A stretch of DNA of 64,000 bases from the NCBI GenBank assembly GCA_040954595.2, contig CM082578.2:3020831-3084830 (forward strand), read 5' to 3'. The notes below the pieces were generated by a model. The model ran no database searches. It had not been told where the DNA came from and saw only the letters and a list, made by a program, of their open reading frames with translations. Shown piece after piece: positions 12,143-36,096 of the stretch. How positions within the stretch are numbered: position 1 is the first letter of the stretch; each line of letters opens with the position of its first letter. The DNA comes from Balanoglossus misakiensis. Taxonomy: Eukaryota > Animalia > Hemichordata. The position numbers and the translations under genes are program-made.

Positions 12143-13444
12143 CTGCTGTATTTTCAGAAGTAAAACAAACTGAATTTGGATTTTCATGTACAAGATTTGA
12201 GCAACTCGTACTATATGGAGCGAATTGTACCCAAATCGATTGTATACCCGACTGAGACGGGGGTTATTGCTATTATATTATATCAACAATTGATGTTGAG
12301 GCATATCATTTTCATTTTCTTGACGAAACAGCGTCAGTAAGAGAAATTATGATCGTGAACCAACATGGCGACGATGAACGTCAACACGAGCGGTCGGGCC
12401 AGGGACCGAGCATTAAACATGAAACAGACGACAAAAAGTGACAAGACGGGCATCGCGCATGGCAAAGTGACAAATATTCCCACAGAGCAGTTCCAAAATA
12501 AAACGACCGTTAGTTCAACATTATTTTTATTTTAATCATTCGGTTTACCACAGAATTCAAAATAGCTGCAACAAACGCCAAGCTAGAAACACCGTATTTC
12601 TTTCACGCCAAGAACGCGTTACCTCTAAAATTGTAACAACGTCAAAATTTAGTAGACAAAGAGGCTCCCCCATCCCAATTGCGCAGTTGAAGTAGTGCGT
12701 GTTGAGAGAGACGTGAAAAGAAAGGGGCATGCGACTCGAATCGAACGAAGAGAGTTGTTTAGCGTGTCGAATGCTGCTCTACGAAGCTCGCAGTTACCGG
12801 GACCGGGACATTTATGCTTGAACGGACTGGGTTCCCCCACTTCAGGTCGGTAGATTCTCCTGAAGCAGAGACATGAATTGCTAGTTCCGCGGGCTGCAGT
12901 GTATCCCGTCTGTTGAACTTTCTTTTAGAGAATCGACGTATTGCGAAGAGAGACGCGTACGATTGAGATGAGAATAAGCAGTGTAGGATAGAGACGACGT
13001 ACCAAACTGCCGTGTCTGAAAATGTGTTGTTGAAATAAATATGACTGAAAGGTTTTTTACTGCATGCTGGTGACTCCACCGTGCTGCATGCCGTGTTCTG
13101 ACAGATTAATTGGTCATTGGCGTGAAAGTCATATCAATAGCAATACTCACATTAAATCCCTGTGCGTGATTCATTCGTCTTCAGGCAACTCTGAAACTGT
13201 TGCCGTAAAGAGGTCGTGGTTTGCGACGATGGTATGGCAACCGCTGTTTGCGGCTCAACGTTTAAATGTGAAACGGGGGTCTCCTTATATTAAATATTAA
13301 ATTGTTTTGCAATGAATCAAATTATTGGTATTGTGGCAGACTCCCGAAATGGCTGTCAGTAGTGGAATAACCGTGGAGAAAGCAAGCGAAATTGAAATTG
13401 TGGGTTACCGGCGATTACAGCCTTCAATTATAAGCTGTACAGCC

Positions 13445-13528
13445 GTCTCCGTGGCACAACGGATAGCGCGTCGGACTTCTAGTTGATCAGGCATTCGGAG
13501 GCTGTGGGTTCGAATCCCACCGGAGACG
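13445..13528 (+). tRNA. tRNA-Arg(TCT) with 11-nt intron (13482-13492)
   Basis: GTCTCCG/CGGAGAC acceptor stem, A box, GGTTCGAATCC B box, anticodon TCT at 13478-13480, intron after position 37, downstream T-runs. Confidence 0.9.
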
Positions 13529-14640
13529 ATATTATTTTATTTTCACTGCTATACTACGTTGTACTTCCGCTGTCCTGAATTCAAGAGTTGGATCTCGGCA
13601 GCAGGGGGGCTGACTCGCAAATAAACGTCACTTTACTCTGCGTCGGGGTGAAGTTTGGGGGCGAAGTCCTGACATGTGTGACTGCAATGTCAGCGCACTG
13701 CTATTTATAGTCCACTGTGGGAGTAAAGTGTAGAGTTCAACCACATATTCAATACATAAACTTGTATTGGAGCAGCTTTGCGTCATCTGCAGTTTTCTTG
13801 TCGTAGCCAAGCATTACAGAATTAGCAAAAACCAAGCATGATAACAACTCTGAACTAGTCTGTCAGAGATTCGTGCGCGACGAACGTGCTCTTCCGGGTA
13901 GGCCTAACTACAGAAGGGCCGTGCCTGTACATAAGCAAGGCCGAGGCTTGAATCGAAAAGTAACCGGTAAGGTGACATTTTGGTGAATATTTTGGTGATT
14001 ATTATGTGAGTCATTTATGCGCAGTGATCCTGGCGTTTTAAAACCACATGTCTGTACTATATCATGGAAAGGTCGGCTATCGGCTGGTGAGAATATTGTA
14101 CACTGAATTTTGGTTTCAAAGTCCAACCTACGATGTTACACTGAGGTATGTCAAAGGTCAAAAACTATGTCGCTAGACAGTTATTAACATAACAATGACA
14201 AATGTGGCTGATATTTGCACTCCAATAAACAACCAACATGTTTCTATACAATTTCATGTTCAGTGTGTTGACCAAGACGTTCACACTTCACTCATAATCC
14301 CCCAAACGGCATGGAAAACTGCCGTTTGGGGGATTTCTACCTACAACGATTGTGCAGGCCTAGTTTGGCATGTAGGCATTTCGAAAATAAACTCGTGACA
14401 AGGGAATTTGTGCAGTTTGAATTACTTCTTCGCCATTTTACCATCAAATTGTTTTATTCCCTAAAATATGTTCACATCTGAGTATTCAGCTTATCCACAC
14501 AACCTATATATTACGTACAACCAACAATGCTGTGGTTGACAATTGAAAATTAATCGGAGGTTTAAAAAGTGCATTGCTGGATTTCTTTACCGTGACGAAG
14601 GAGTCTGCACACACCCGAATACATCAGCTTTGTCATCAGG

Positions 14641-25114
<10,474 letters not shown>

Positions 25115-28100
25115 GTGCACTTACAAATATGTAAAGCATTTGGACAATAAATACATGCTTATTGGGAAAATACGATAGTATACTCAGTATAGTGTAGTTA
25201 CTATTGACCTTATATTGACCTTTTCTTTCTGATTACATACAGTCGGTGTCTATAAATGGCCATGGTGCTCTGGTACAATAAACGATGGAAAACTATACAG
25301 CGAACAGGCCGGCAAGTGTGCAGTGGATACAAATCCATCTTGTCTTCAACCAAAGAATGGCAAAAATAACATTACAAGATAATTACCCTTTAACCGAAAT
25401 AAACTTCATACATCTTATGAAGTAATTGAACAGCATTTTGATTTTTTGGGAACTTTATGTGGTAAATTATCGACAGCCACTGTTTTTCCATACATGTATT
25501 TTGAATGGTACATGCTGAAGCGTTTTGCGTCCTCTTCGGTCTTTCGTGAAACTAAGTTTCAGTGTCTTTTATACACAGAAGGAAAACGTGATTTAGTTTC
25601 CACATTTGCAGTTTGTGATTCTGTATCTTCGATAGGAGTCTTAACGAACGCTCGGAAAGCCCGAAGTGGCGATGGTTCACGATACTTTGGAACCATCGTT
25701 TCCTGGGCAACCAGTTTTAAATCACCGAAATAATGTAGCCAATGCTTCCGTCACATCTTGCGTTGCATGTTTGGTAGTGTCTTACTCAAACGGGATTTTA
25801 ACCTTTTCTTTGGGATTTGCGCTGTAGTAAACACACCAAGTGCACTGGCTATTTACAGGCGCCTGTCATTAGGCACTCCGTATTTTTTCATGATGAAATA
25901 AGAATTTGTCTACGTTTTCGACAATCAAACATGAGGGTTACTCTTTGAATAAAGGTAGGGAACATGACGTGACTTGGTGTATGAATTAACGACCTAGGCG
26001 GATAAGGGCAAGTGGCAGTAAAACAGCGAACTGACAAAGTGGAAACCGTACGTAATGCTAATATTTTCTTCCGCAGTCGACGACGTCCCTCCACAAAGAG
26101 TGACCGACTGTGTTTCAAGATAATGTTTATTAGTCTGTAAGTCGTAACTCATTACATTGCATTACTACATACATGTTGATAAAAATACGAAGAGAGATTA
26201 TTATTTCCAGCTCAACCTCTCAAAGTTTAAGTCACAACAAAGGTAAAAAGGCGGATCAAATACTGATCGTGGTGAAATGACAACCTTTAGTAGAAGGAAA
26301 TACAAAACAAAGACAGAGTTGTGCTGTTGTCAAACAATCATTTGTCAAGGCTACAATCATGACTGTCACTGTTTGTTTGATGAGGATGGGCAGCACGCAG
26401 CTACATGCTGGAAAGTAAAGGGGAGTGAATTGGCGAAATCAAACGTCGCACAACTATAACGCAACCACATCGTCTAGAATAAAGACAACGGGTATTCCTT
26501 TGGTTTTAAGAAGTGTGTGGCCATCATCTGTCTAGCGAGGGGCAAGGTCGACACTGGCGGGCGGCATCATTTTCAAGTGCCTGTATACTTCCCGGGCGTC
26601 CGCATCATATTTCAACGGCGTTGGTTACATGTAACTGTCTAACAGTATACTAGTATGTCTTTCTGGGGGTTCATGTCCTTAAAAGGTCGCCTTATTTTGC
26701 TTTTGTTGCGGTGCGCGGTGATCTAGACAAGTCACAGTCTCTCGTCATTTCTTTATAATCACGTCTCTGCCAGTGGACTCGGTCTCCCATGTCCATCGCA
26801 AGTGTCTCTGGTGGTTGTTGTTTTTTATTAATCTTGCGAGTTTGTTTCTAGAAAAGTGTGAACCTAACGGCGGTGAATCTTTAAACATATGCGCGTTGTT
26901 CGTTCGTCCGTCCGTCAGATATTCTGTAGATCATTACCTCAAAATAAATTCTAACCGTAGGCCAGCCGAAGCACTTCGTCTATAACGCAGTGTTTATATA
27001 TTTCACTGACTTTTCAACCATTCAAATACCGGCGCAAGATCGTGAGTGGCCAGGCCGGTATTATGTTGTCGAAGATGGACAAGAATGTGCGTACTTCCGG
27101 AGAATGTTTCCACCCTACTGTTCGCTGCTTTCTGAAAAAATTAATTGTGGCAGCTTGGGACCAGAAACAAAATATTTTATTTTATAACACAGGGCTTATA
27201 ATTATGTATTCTTTTGATTTTTCAGTTATTTTCAATTTTGCGTCTCATTTTCTTTAACATTTCCACGACAAAACTACATCATTTTCATATTGCTAATTGA
27301 GGACCCGTGAGTAATGAACATTTATTCGGAGGATATTAGCACATGGGTGATTACCGTTCATCTTTGACCTGCCTTACTGCGTGAAGTCACACGGTTACTC
27401 TGAAAATACCCCAACCAAATCTTGTATCCTTTTGTATTTTTGACCCAGTGAGGACGTTTAACCTTAACCCTGGCACGTCACGTATGACCCCTCCCTCTAT
27501 GAATAAACATGACTGATGTATTGTCGTTCGTGTTCGATCAGAAGCACAGCCGCTTCTCCCTGTGAAGTCACGCAAGTACTTCGTAAACATCAGTCTCTTG
27601 CAGTGTACTCACAACTTTCGGGCTATTTAGATTTCTGACAAATTCTCCCTATCTGTAGAGGGCTGCGTAGTCCACATGGGTTGGTTTGGTTTAGGTACGT
27701 CTTGATGTATAACAGGTTCCCAAGGTAATGGTTCAGGAGGAGTGCCCAGGCCCCTCTATCTATGGTCGGAGACTGCGAGTGACGCCTGAGATAGTGAATC
27801 GACACCGGCGAAGATAATGGCGAACGTTTCTATTTAATACGTTTCGAGTATAGTATACGTGTCAATATTACCTTGTTTTCCCCGAATGTCAGCGTCCCAA
27901 GACAAATATTAGAAACTCTGGGGCCAGAGTTCCCCAGAAAATTGAACAATACTGTGACTGCACTTGCCATCGCTAGCTGCGGCAATCCTCTTTTGAACCT
28001 CAGAACTGAGACTGTACATGACAGCTGTCAGTCGAAAGTCCACTTTGTGACCTTAAACCTACTGACATCAGGCTGCAGAATTATGAACTGAATATGCTCA

Positions 28101-28286
28101 CGTGTACATAGTTAAATTGTGTGCAAGCGGCAAAGCAATAAATTATTATCAAATTCAACTTCCCTTTAATGCAACTAATGTTTTTATTATCCGGTGCTAT
28201 ATTTGATGAGAATCCACCATGCAGTTTTTTTTCTCTTTTATTAAAAATCCTTACGTAATAAATGCAAAAGAGATAGAAAAATACAA

Positions 28287-28754
28287 TCAAATCAAATTAT
28301 AAACTTTTTCAAATATATCCATTATGTTGGCTCTGCAATATATTTTTTTCTCTATGTTATATCTTAACTTAAATTCGTTCTTAAATACCACTTCAATTGG
28401 TGTGTTCGTGTGACATATCCAATACTTATGAATGCTCCATTTGCCCAGCAAAATCAAAAATTGTAGTACAAGGTTATAGTCTTTTGGGATGGTGTTGTCA
28501 AAAGAGTCAGCGAAAATTATATTAAGAGGAGTCACTCGTAGTGTTCTCCCTGTAATATTACAGATAATGTTGTTGACCTTTGTCCAGCACCTTTCAGCAA
28601 TTTTACAATCTAAAAATCTATGTTCCAAGGAATCTTCTTGAAGACAAACAGGACAGTACATATAGTCTTTCAGCTTCCAAAAATACAAATATTTGTTGCA
28701 CGGAAGTAAACGGTTTAAAAGTTTCCATTGAAAAGCTCTAAGTTTTATCTCGTA
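28287..28754 (-). pseudogene. C-terminal part of L1/Tx1 ORF2 (zf-RVT CCHC region), separated by insertion
   Basis: YEIKLRAFQWKLLNRLL...CPVC...DSLEHRFLDC. Joins in frame to ...VYTIT at 32992. Confidence 0.9.
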
Positions 28755-30411
28755 CACTGCAAATTCTTCTGGCTTTCCTGCAAGCTAAATTCAAGCCAAA
28801 TTCAAACCGGCTTGTTTGTCGCAAATTGGCTTCTTTCATTTCTTCAAATTTGGCTTGATTTTGGCTTGAATTTAGCTTGCTGAGTTGCCGTTTTATATAA
28901 CTTACCGGCCTGCTGATAGACCACAGCAAATTTAATGAGTGGTGTGTAGGCCAACCATAGTAATGAAATATGGCTTGCTGGCCTGCCATTCTATTCAGCA
29001 AATGAGCTTGAAGACACACCGATTCATTATCCAGTGGTTTGTCAACAAACCATCACAAATCTAAGGGGTTTGTATATAAACCAATGAATATATTATGATG
29101 GCTTGCATGTAAGCCACTTTCTAAAACAATGGCTTGCCAACAAACCGTCGAATAATACAAGGGGGTTGTACGTAAACCCTTAAAATTTACATTGGCTTGT
29201 CTGAAAGCCAACTTCTACTTAAAACTGGTGTGCTAGCAAACCAAACATGAATCACTTCAGTTTGCCAGCAAACCAAAAATTAGCATTTCCTGGTTTGCTG
29301 ACAAACTGAGAATGCTTGAGCAGTGGTTTAAAAATCAGCCACTCTGCTTGGGCTTTGGCATGTATACAAACCATTCTTACACAGAATGCAGTTTGTAAGC
29401 AAGCCAAACATTTGAATTGCATGTTTTGATTCTGTTTACCTAAAAGCTATAGTTATAAATTTGGGCCATTTTTAGCATTTTTGCTCTTTCAAGTGACTGC
29501 AGTTTCTTGTTCAACTCACCAAAGCATGATGCAATGCCATTTACTAGATTCTATACACTGCCATAATTGTACAATCAGCCATTGTCAAAAAACATAATTT
29601 TAGTCCAGACCTGAACTCATTTGCAAAGGCCAAAGTTGAGATCCCGAACCTGGGCAGTTAATCATGCTTTAAGGAGTAGAACAGAAATAAGGAGTCGATA
29701 CACTGAACAAAAATACATAAAAAATAGCCCAAAGTTAGTTACTATGCCCTTAAATAACTTGGTCTTGAAGCATAACATGTGTCATAATGTGCAGCATCTT
29801 AGTACTCCACAGTCAATGGTATGTTAACCTGTCAAAAAAGCACACCGAGAAAGATCTTTTTTGGTCAATCATTATTATTGTAATGACAATGTAAGAAAAA
29901 AGGAACAACGGTAAATACATGGTATTATGTAAATCAAATGAATTAACCCCATAAATGATAGAAAATATATACAATAAAACTTTTATCTCATTTTCCGTTC
30001 AAGTGGTTAGGGAAAATCATTTCAATCCATCAAAAATGCCTCATTTTTTGAATCTACTGTTTGTCAAAACTGACATGAATACAGATTTCAAAGTCACCAT
30101 TAAGTGTGGAAAAGTACTTTTAAATCCTCCTTTATATGCATTTGAGTATTGGAGTCATGGCAGTAGCCTTGAGTATCTTCTTCCTTACTATGAAACTTCG
30201 TCTTCTTTCAATGGGAAACACTCTCAAATAGTGAAAAACAAAAAGAGAAAACAATCTTGTTAGAAATTAACATGAGTGTATATTAGAAAAAAATTTCCAG
30301 CATGAAAACAACACATAACACATATGTACACAAGAAAATATGACAATGACTCGTATGAGACATACTCAACAAAAAAAGATAGTGTCTCTCTATTTATCAA
30401 TGGGGAATGAC

Positions 30412-30972
30412 CATGAGACTGACACACATACCACAAAACACTACGATATGGTGCCATCCTAATGTTATAGGCAGCAACCATATAAGAACATGAGACTGAC
30501 CGATACAACACTACGATATGGTGCCATCCTACTGTTATAGGCAGCAACCATATGAGAACATGAGACTGACCGATACAACACTACGATATGGTGCCATCCT
30601 ACTGTTATAGGCAGCAACCATATGAGAACATGAGACTGACCGATACAACACTACGATATGGTGCCATCCTACTGTTATAGGCAGCAACCATATGAGAACA
30701 TGAGACTGACCGATACAACACTACGATATGGTGCCATCCTACTGTTATAGGCAGCAACCATATGAGAACATGAGACTGACCGATACAACACTACGATATG
30801 GTGCCATCCTACTGTTATAGGCAGCAACCATATGAGAACATGAGACTGACCGATACAACACTACGATATGGTGCCATCCTACTGTTATAGGCAGCAACCA
30901 TATGAGAACATGAGACTGATCGATACAACACTACAATATGGTGCCATCCTAATGTTATAGGCAGCAACCATG
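30412..30972. repeat. 70-bp minisatellite, ~8 copies
   Basis: Unit CATGAGACTGACCGATACAACACTACGATATGGTGCCATCCTACTGTTATAGGCAGCAACCATATGAGAA. Central copies are identical and edge copies are diverged. Confidence 0.95.
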
Positions 30973-31789
30973 AAACACAAACATAACCATGAGATACACA
31001 GCATGTAACAAAGAAGATGAAATTGATTCAATGAGCAATGCATGAAATTTCGCACCTAGAGTTTAGTGAATTGTTTCCTTTGACTATAACTGAATACATG
31101 TTACATACATGATAGCTGGACTATATTAATAAATACAGATAGGCATGTTCCTTTAAAATTAGTTTTTAGGCATAAATAGTAAAATCTCTTCCCAAATGCA
31201 ATACTGAAGTTATAACCACATGGTTGGTATTTTATAATGAAGTCCCTACAAACTAAACTGTAAAGAAAACAGATGACTAGATGACAAAAATGGATATTAA
31301 AAAAATAACAAAATCTACTTAATTATACATACCGTGTATGCTTCAACATAAATGCTACTTGTTGACTTTTTCATATTCTTGTGGTGCCTAATAAAATAAC
31401 AACTGCTCCTTCCCATAACCAGTATCACCACTCCTGCAAAACCAAGATCATTTATTTCATTCTTATGCAAATATCTGGGGTTCAATTAAAGTAGGAATCA
31501 TTATTGTTACAAATCGCAGGCATGCAGGGGTTAAATAATCCTGTGGTCCGAGATCATGGTTTATCAAAAAAAAATTATTCAGCCAATGATTTAAATATTA
31601 TGGGTATCCATTGATATAGTATTGGAACACAAAACAACATTTTTATTGCGGTTACCCCCCCCCCCCCCAATGTTGACTTCCACTGCCACTAGCCCCACTC
31701 GAAGCTTCATATATTTGAAATATCTCTCGATCTACAAATGATCAATACAGTATAGATATTATTACATATTTTGAATTATCTTGACTAGT

Positions 31790-32250
31790 AAAAGTGCATA
31801 AACAAACATAAATGGGGATGTAGGCTGCCAATAGCAAGCATGGTGAAATTCCTAGGCTATAGCGCTATAGGGCCCCACTCCGGAGCTGCATTAAAAAAAT
31901 TCTTTTGATTTGCTCAGACTTTTTTGTAACCATCCACACATGATCAATGCAGTATATACAGGATTCAGGCCTTTTAATAGTGACATACTTTGCATCGTCT
32001 TCGCTCACAAAAATGCATAAACAAAAATGAACGGGGATGGAGGCTGAAAATAGCAAGAATAATGAAATTCCTTTGGGGCCCCACTCCCTACTTTATCATT
32101 TTATGCTGTCAAACTTTTGACATTACTTCTTCTCACATGCTTTTCAGCTATCATCAACACATGATCAAGTCAGTATATACAGGATTCGGGCCTGTTAATT
32201 TTGTATTATCTTCACTGCTCGCAAAAATGTAGTTACTGTCACAAAATGGA
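31790..32250. repeat. Diverged ~220-bp tandem duplication
   Basis: TGCATAAACAAA...GGGGATG...GAAATTCCT...GGGCCCCACTCC...CACATGATCAA...TATACAGGATTC occurs twice (from ~31795 and ~32014). Confidence 0.75.
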
Positions 32251-32989
32251 ATGGAAGCAGGACTTACCCCAACCGGCATTGTTCTATGTCACGGTCTCGT
32301 AGATGCTGGCGGTCAACTGCTAAGTCATTAGATGTCATCCTTCCATAACGATGCTCGGTGCCAAAGTAATTATCCACGCATATGGTATTTCGGTTCTACC
32401 TTAGGAACAGGTTGAGTGCATTGTAAATCGCTGAACGAATTTTATAAAGGGAACGACGTGATTCGATCGGCTTCCTCACCCGTGGACCGTCTTCTCTCGC
32501 GTCAAAACGTTGTAGTTGTGTAATAAATAACCTTTGACCCTGCATTCGCGCGCCAAATCAGGGTATTTCGCAAGACATTGTGCCCAGCGTGGCGTGTATA
32601 TGAACCACATCCCGGCAAAGTTTTCCATGGCGTGTTTTCAAACCATACTTACATCTTTTTATGGTTTGAAAAGCGACCGCTAACTCCAACGGCTTAAAAT
32701 GCAGCCAAGGTTAAATATGGTACAAATTCGAGCCAGACATAAGTATCACTAAAGTTTGCGAGCAAACCAGAGATTTTGTTCAATGGCTTAATAATAAGCC
32801 ATTCCAGACAGGTTGTCCAGCGGCGTATTTACAAACCATTTTTCTAACATTGACTGGCTTGCTGGCACACACCAGAAAATTTAGCGGCTTGTGGAAATAC
32901 CGAAGTTTCGGCAAGTATGACGAGGTGGCTTGTCAGCAAACCCGAATGGCTTGAGTACAAACCGGCTTGTTTTTGCAGAATTTGCAGTG

Positions 32990-35900
32990 TAAGTAATGGT
33001 GTACACACGTTTCCAAATGTTACGACTTACCACATCTATATCCCTAGGTGTAACTTGAAGATTGTGAAACCATTTTTCAAGTTTGTTACTGGTGTGAATT
33101 GAATGTTGCTGTAAAAGTTTCATATAAAGTGTCTTACAAGTCAGTTCACTGAGTGGTACTTTTGAGTCATTAATGACAACACTGTAGTCATTTTCTTCAG
33201 TATTTTTGACATAAAAACAACTAAATTTGTGAGACCACCCAAGTAATGAGTGTTTAACAGTGTTGTGCCTTGTATTCACACTAAACCATGCTTTCAAAAC
33301 TTTCACATAAAAGTCTGGTAAAATTGACAGGACGTGACTTGGGATTTTACGCCACACAACACATTGTTGTAGTAAATTCGTCGTCTGGTCTAACTGAAAG
33401 AAGGACCATGGTAAAACAGACCATGTCACATCTCTACTTTCGACTAGCCTTTTAACCCACATGGCGTACATTGCTTTTATCTGAAACTGTACGTTAACGT
33501 GCTTTAGACCACCATAGTTATATTCCCTTTGGAGAACCTTATTTGAAATTTTCCTATTACCCTTAACAAAATTGTCAATGAGAGCCTGAATTTTACAGCA
33601 AATATCATCAGGGATACCAATGACAGATGACAAGTATGTAATTTTTGACAATGCTAAAGATTTTGTGGTGAGAATTTTACCATAAAGAGTAAGATGTCGT
33701 CCTTTCCATGACATTAATAAGTTTTCAATAGCAGTTATTTTATCTGACCAGTTCAGACTTTTACACAGCTCAACATCGTGTCCAAAGTAAACACCAAGTG
33801 TTTTGACAGGATCCTTAGTCCAGCAGATGTCACCAGCTTTCTCCGTGCTTTGTCTGTGACCGCCTAGCCACATACCTTTTGTTTTTTTCTTGTTAATTTT
33901 TAGACCACTACAACTATGAAAACTGTCCATGGTAACCAGCAAATGCTCAATCGAGGCTTTGTCACGCACAAAAATAGTCGTGTCATCTGCTAGCAGGGAA
34001 ATTTTTGCTTCACAAACTCTGTTATTGTGAGTTGGTAGTTTGACACCCTTTATGTTTTTATCATGTCTTATTTTGCATGCTAGCATTTCAATGGCAAGTA
34101 CAAACAGCAGGGCCGAAAGAGAACAGCCTTGTCTTACACCACGATGTAAATTGAAAAAGCTGGAACACCAGCCTTTGTACAAAATACAACTTTGAATATC
34201 TGTATAAAGAGGTTTAATCCACTGACAAAAAGACTGACCAAACTGAAACCTCCGTAGCACTTCCTCGATATACACCCAATTGACGCTGTCAAAAGCCTTT
34301 TCATAATCAACAAAAATAATTGCGCTGTCGACTTTTTGTTTTCTGGACAGCTGGAAAATATCTGAAATAAGACGGACGTTTTCACCAATGTAACGCCCTT
34401 TTATGTACCCAGTTTGATCACGATGAATTAAAGAAGGAAGGACGCGTTTCAGACGATTTGACAGTGCTTTGGTAGCAATCTTGTAGTCAGTGTTAAGAAG
34501 GGAAATTGGACGCCAATTGTTAAGATCTTCCTCTGCACCTTTTTTAAACAAAAGTGTAAGCAACCCGCGTTTTTGAGAAACCGACAGGTTTCCGCTACTA
34601 TATGCTTCATTTAAAGAAGATAAAACCAAATCAGAAATATCCCGCCAAAAGAAACGATAAAACTCGGCTGTTAGGCCGTCAGAACCTGGGGACTTATTGT
34701 TGGCAATGCTAGAAAGTGCTGTAAAACATTCCTTCTCCAGTAACTCGCCTTCACACATGTTACGCTGATCTTCAGTCAAATGCGGCACAGGTGTGTCCCC
34801 TAAAAACTCATTTAAATCCATCTCTTTATCACTTGACTTGTATAAATTACAATAAAAACGTTTCTGCCCATTCAGAATCTGCTCTGAGTCAGAGACATAT
34901 TTACCTTCTTGCGTATAAAGTACCTTCATCTCTTTTTTCATAGCATTGGATTTTTCCAAACTCAAAAAATACTTGGTGTTTTTTTCACCTTGTTCAATCC
35001 ATGCAGCTTTGGAGCGTAATTGTGCACCTTCTGCTTGAAGAATATATAACTCCTCCAAACGCTGTTTAATAGACCCATAGTATTGGATATTTGCATCTGA
35101 GGGTACATGAATCATGTTTTGTTCAGCCAATACTAACTGTTTTTCTAATTCTGGAATGAGCTGACTGTTGTTCCTGGTAACATTATGTGTGTAATTAATT
35201 GTAAACTCTTTGATGTCTTTTTTCGTCAAATCCCAACTCGTTTTTGCATTGATATCTGCGTATTTAACCCTGCAAGACCTAATGACATTTTGAATGCCAT
35301 CAACAAAATTTTGTTTGGTAAGTAAGTATTTGTTAAACTTCCAAGTACCAGGACCTCTGTCATTTTTGAATATGTCGATTTCTAAGAAAACTGACAAATG
35401 GTCCGTTTTTACCGCTGGCCTAATTTCAACTCTTTTTGTGACCTTTACAAGACTTTTAGAAACGAAAAAGTAGTCTAGCCTACTATGGATTGGATTTGGC
35501 TGCAAACGCCTCCAAGTAAATTGCAGAAGATTTGGGTGACGAACTCTCCAGATGTCAGTTAAATCAAAATGACGCAAAAGTCTAATTAACGAGTGAACGG
35601 ACTTATCAGCATGCTTTGAATGAGAAGTTCTGTCTAAATTTCTGTTGATTGCACAGTTGAAATCACCACCAATAATAACATTGTCATACATACAGTTCTC
35701 TTCGAGCACAGTTGATAAGTTTGTAAAGAAGCTCGCTCTCTGTACACTGTCATTTGGTGCATATACACAACACACAGAAAAGCCAGTGTCTTTATGTGTG
35801 CCGTTTACAATGACAATTCTGCCAGAAATGTCTTTGAAAATACTATCAGTATGAAAGTTAAAGTTGCGTGAAATTAAAATCGCAACACCTCTGCTGTTAC

Positions 35901-36096
35901 TAGTTCCCTCTGAAAATATGATTTCTCCACCCCATTCTTTTTCCCACAATGCAATGCTTTCCTTTTGACAGTGAACTTCTTGCAAAATACAAAGAGCGGC
36001 TTTTTGGTATTTGAGCCACTGGAAAATATCACGGCGTTTAGGATTATTGTTCAAACCTCTAACGTTTAAAGTAACAATGTTCAGTTTCTGAGTCAT
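32990..36096 (-). CDS. L1/Tx1 ORF2 endonuclease-reverse transcriptase (open up to the insertion)
   Basis: TLNVRGL, LQEVH, GGDFN, SRLDYF, KTDH, SPGSDG, WRPISLLN, DYEKAFDSV, GVRQGCSLS, LADD. Confidence 0.95.

Larger units (their letters stand above)
28755..32989. mobile_element. 4235-bp non-autonomous EnSpm/CACTA-like element
   Basis: 13-bp TIR CACTGCAAATTCT. TA duplicated at 28753-28754 and 32990-32991. Dense GGCTTG/CAAACC subterminal repeats at both ends. No coding capacity recognised. Confidence 0.88.

Noticed and set aside
12300-13300. GC-richer segment with ORFs 12649-13079 as a gene or structured ncRNA
   Set aside because: No recognisable domain, splice pattern or RNA family motif by eye. 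It needs an Rfam/BLAST search.
25440-28100. Possible minus-strand exons or promoter downstream of ABCC4
   Set aside because: Isolated splice-like signals and short ORFs without a coherent frame or known motif.
30412-30972. CRISPR-like array
   Set aside because: Units are identical end to end with no unique spacers, there are no cas genes, and the context is eukaryotic.
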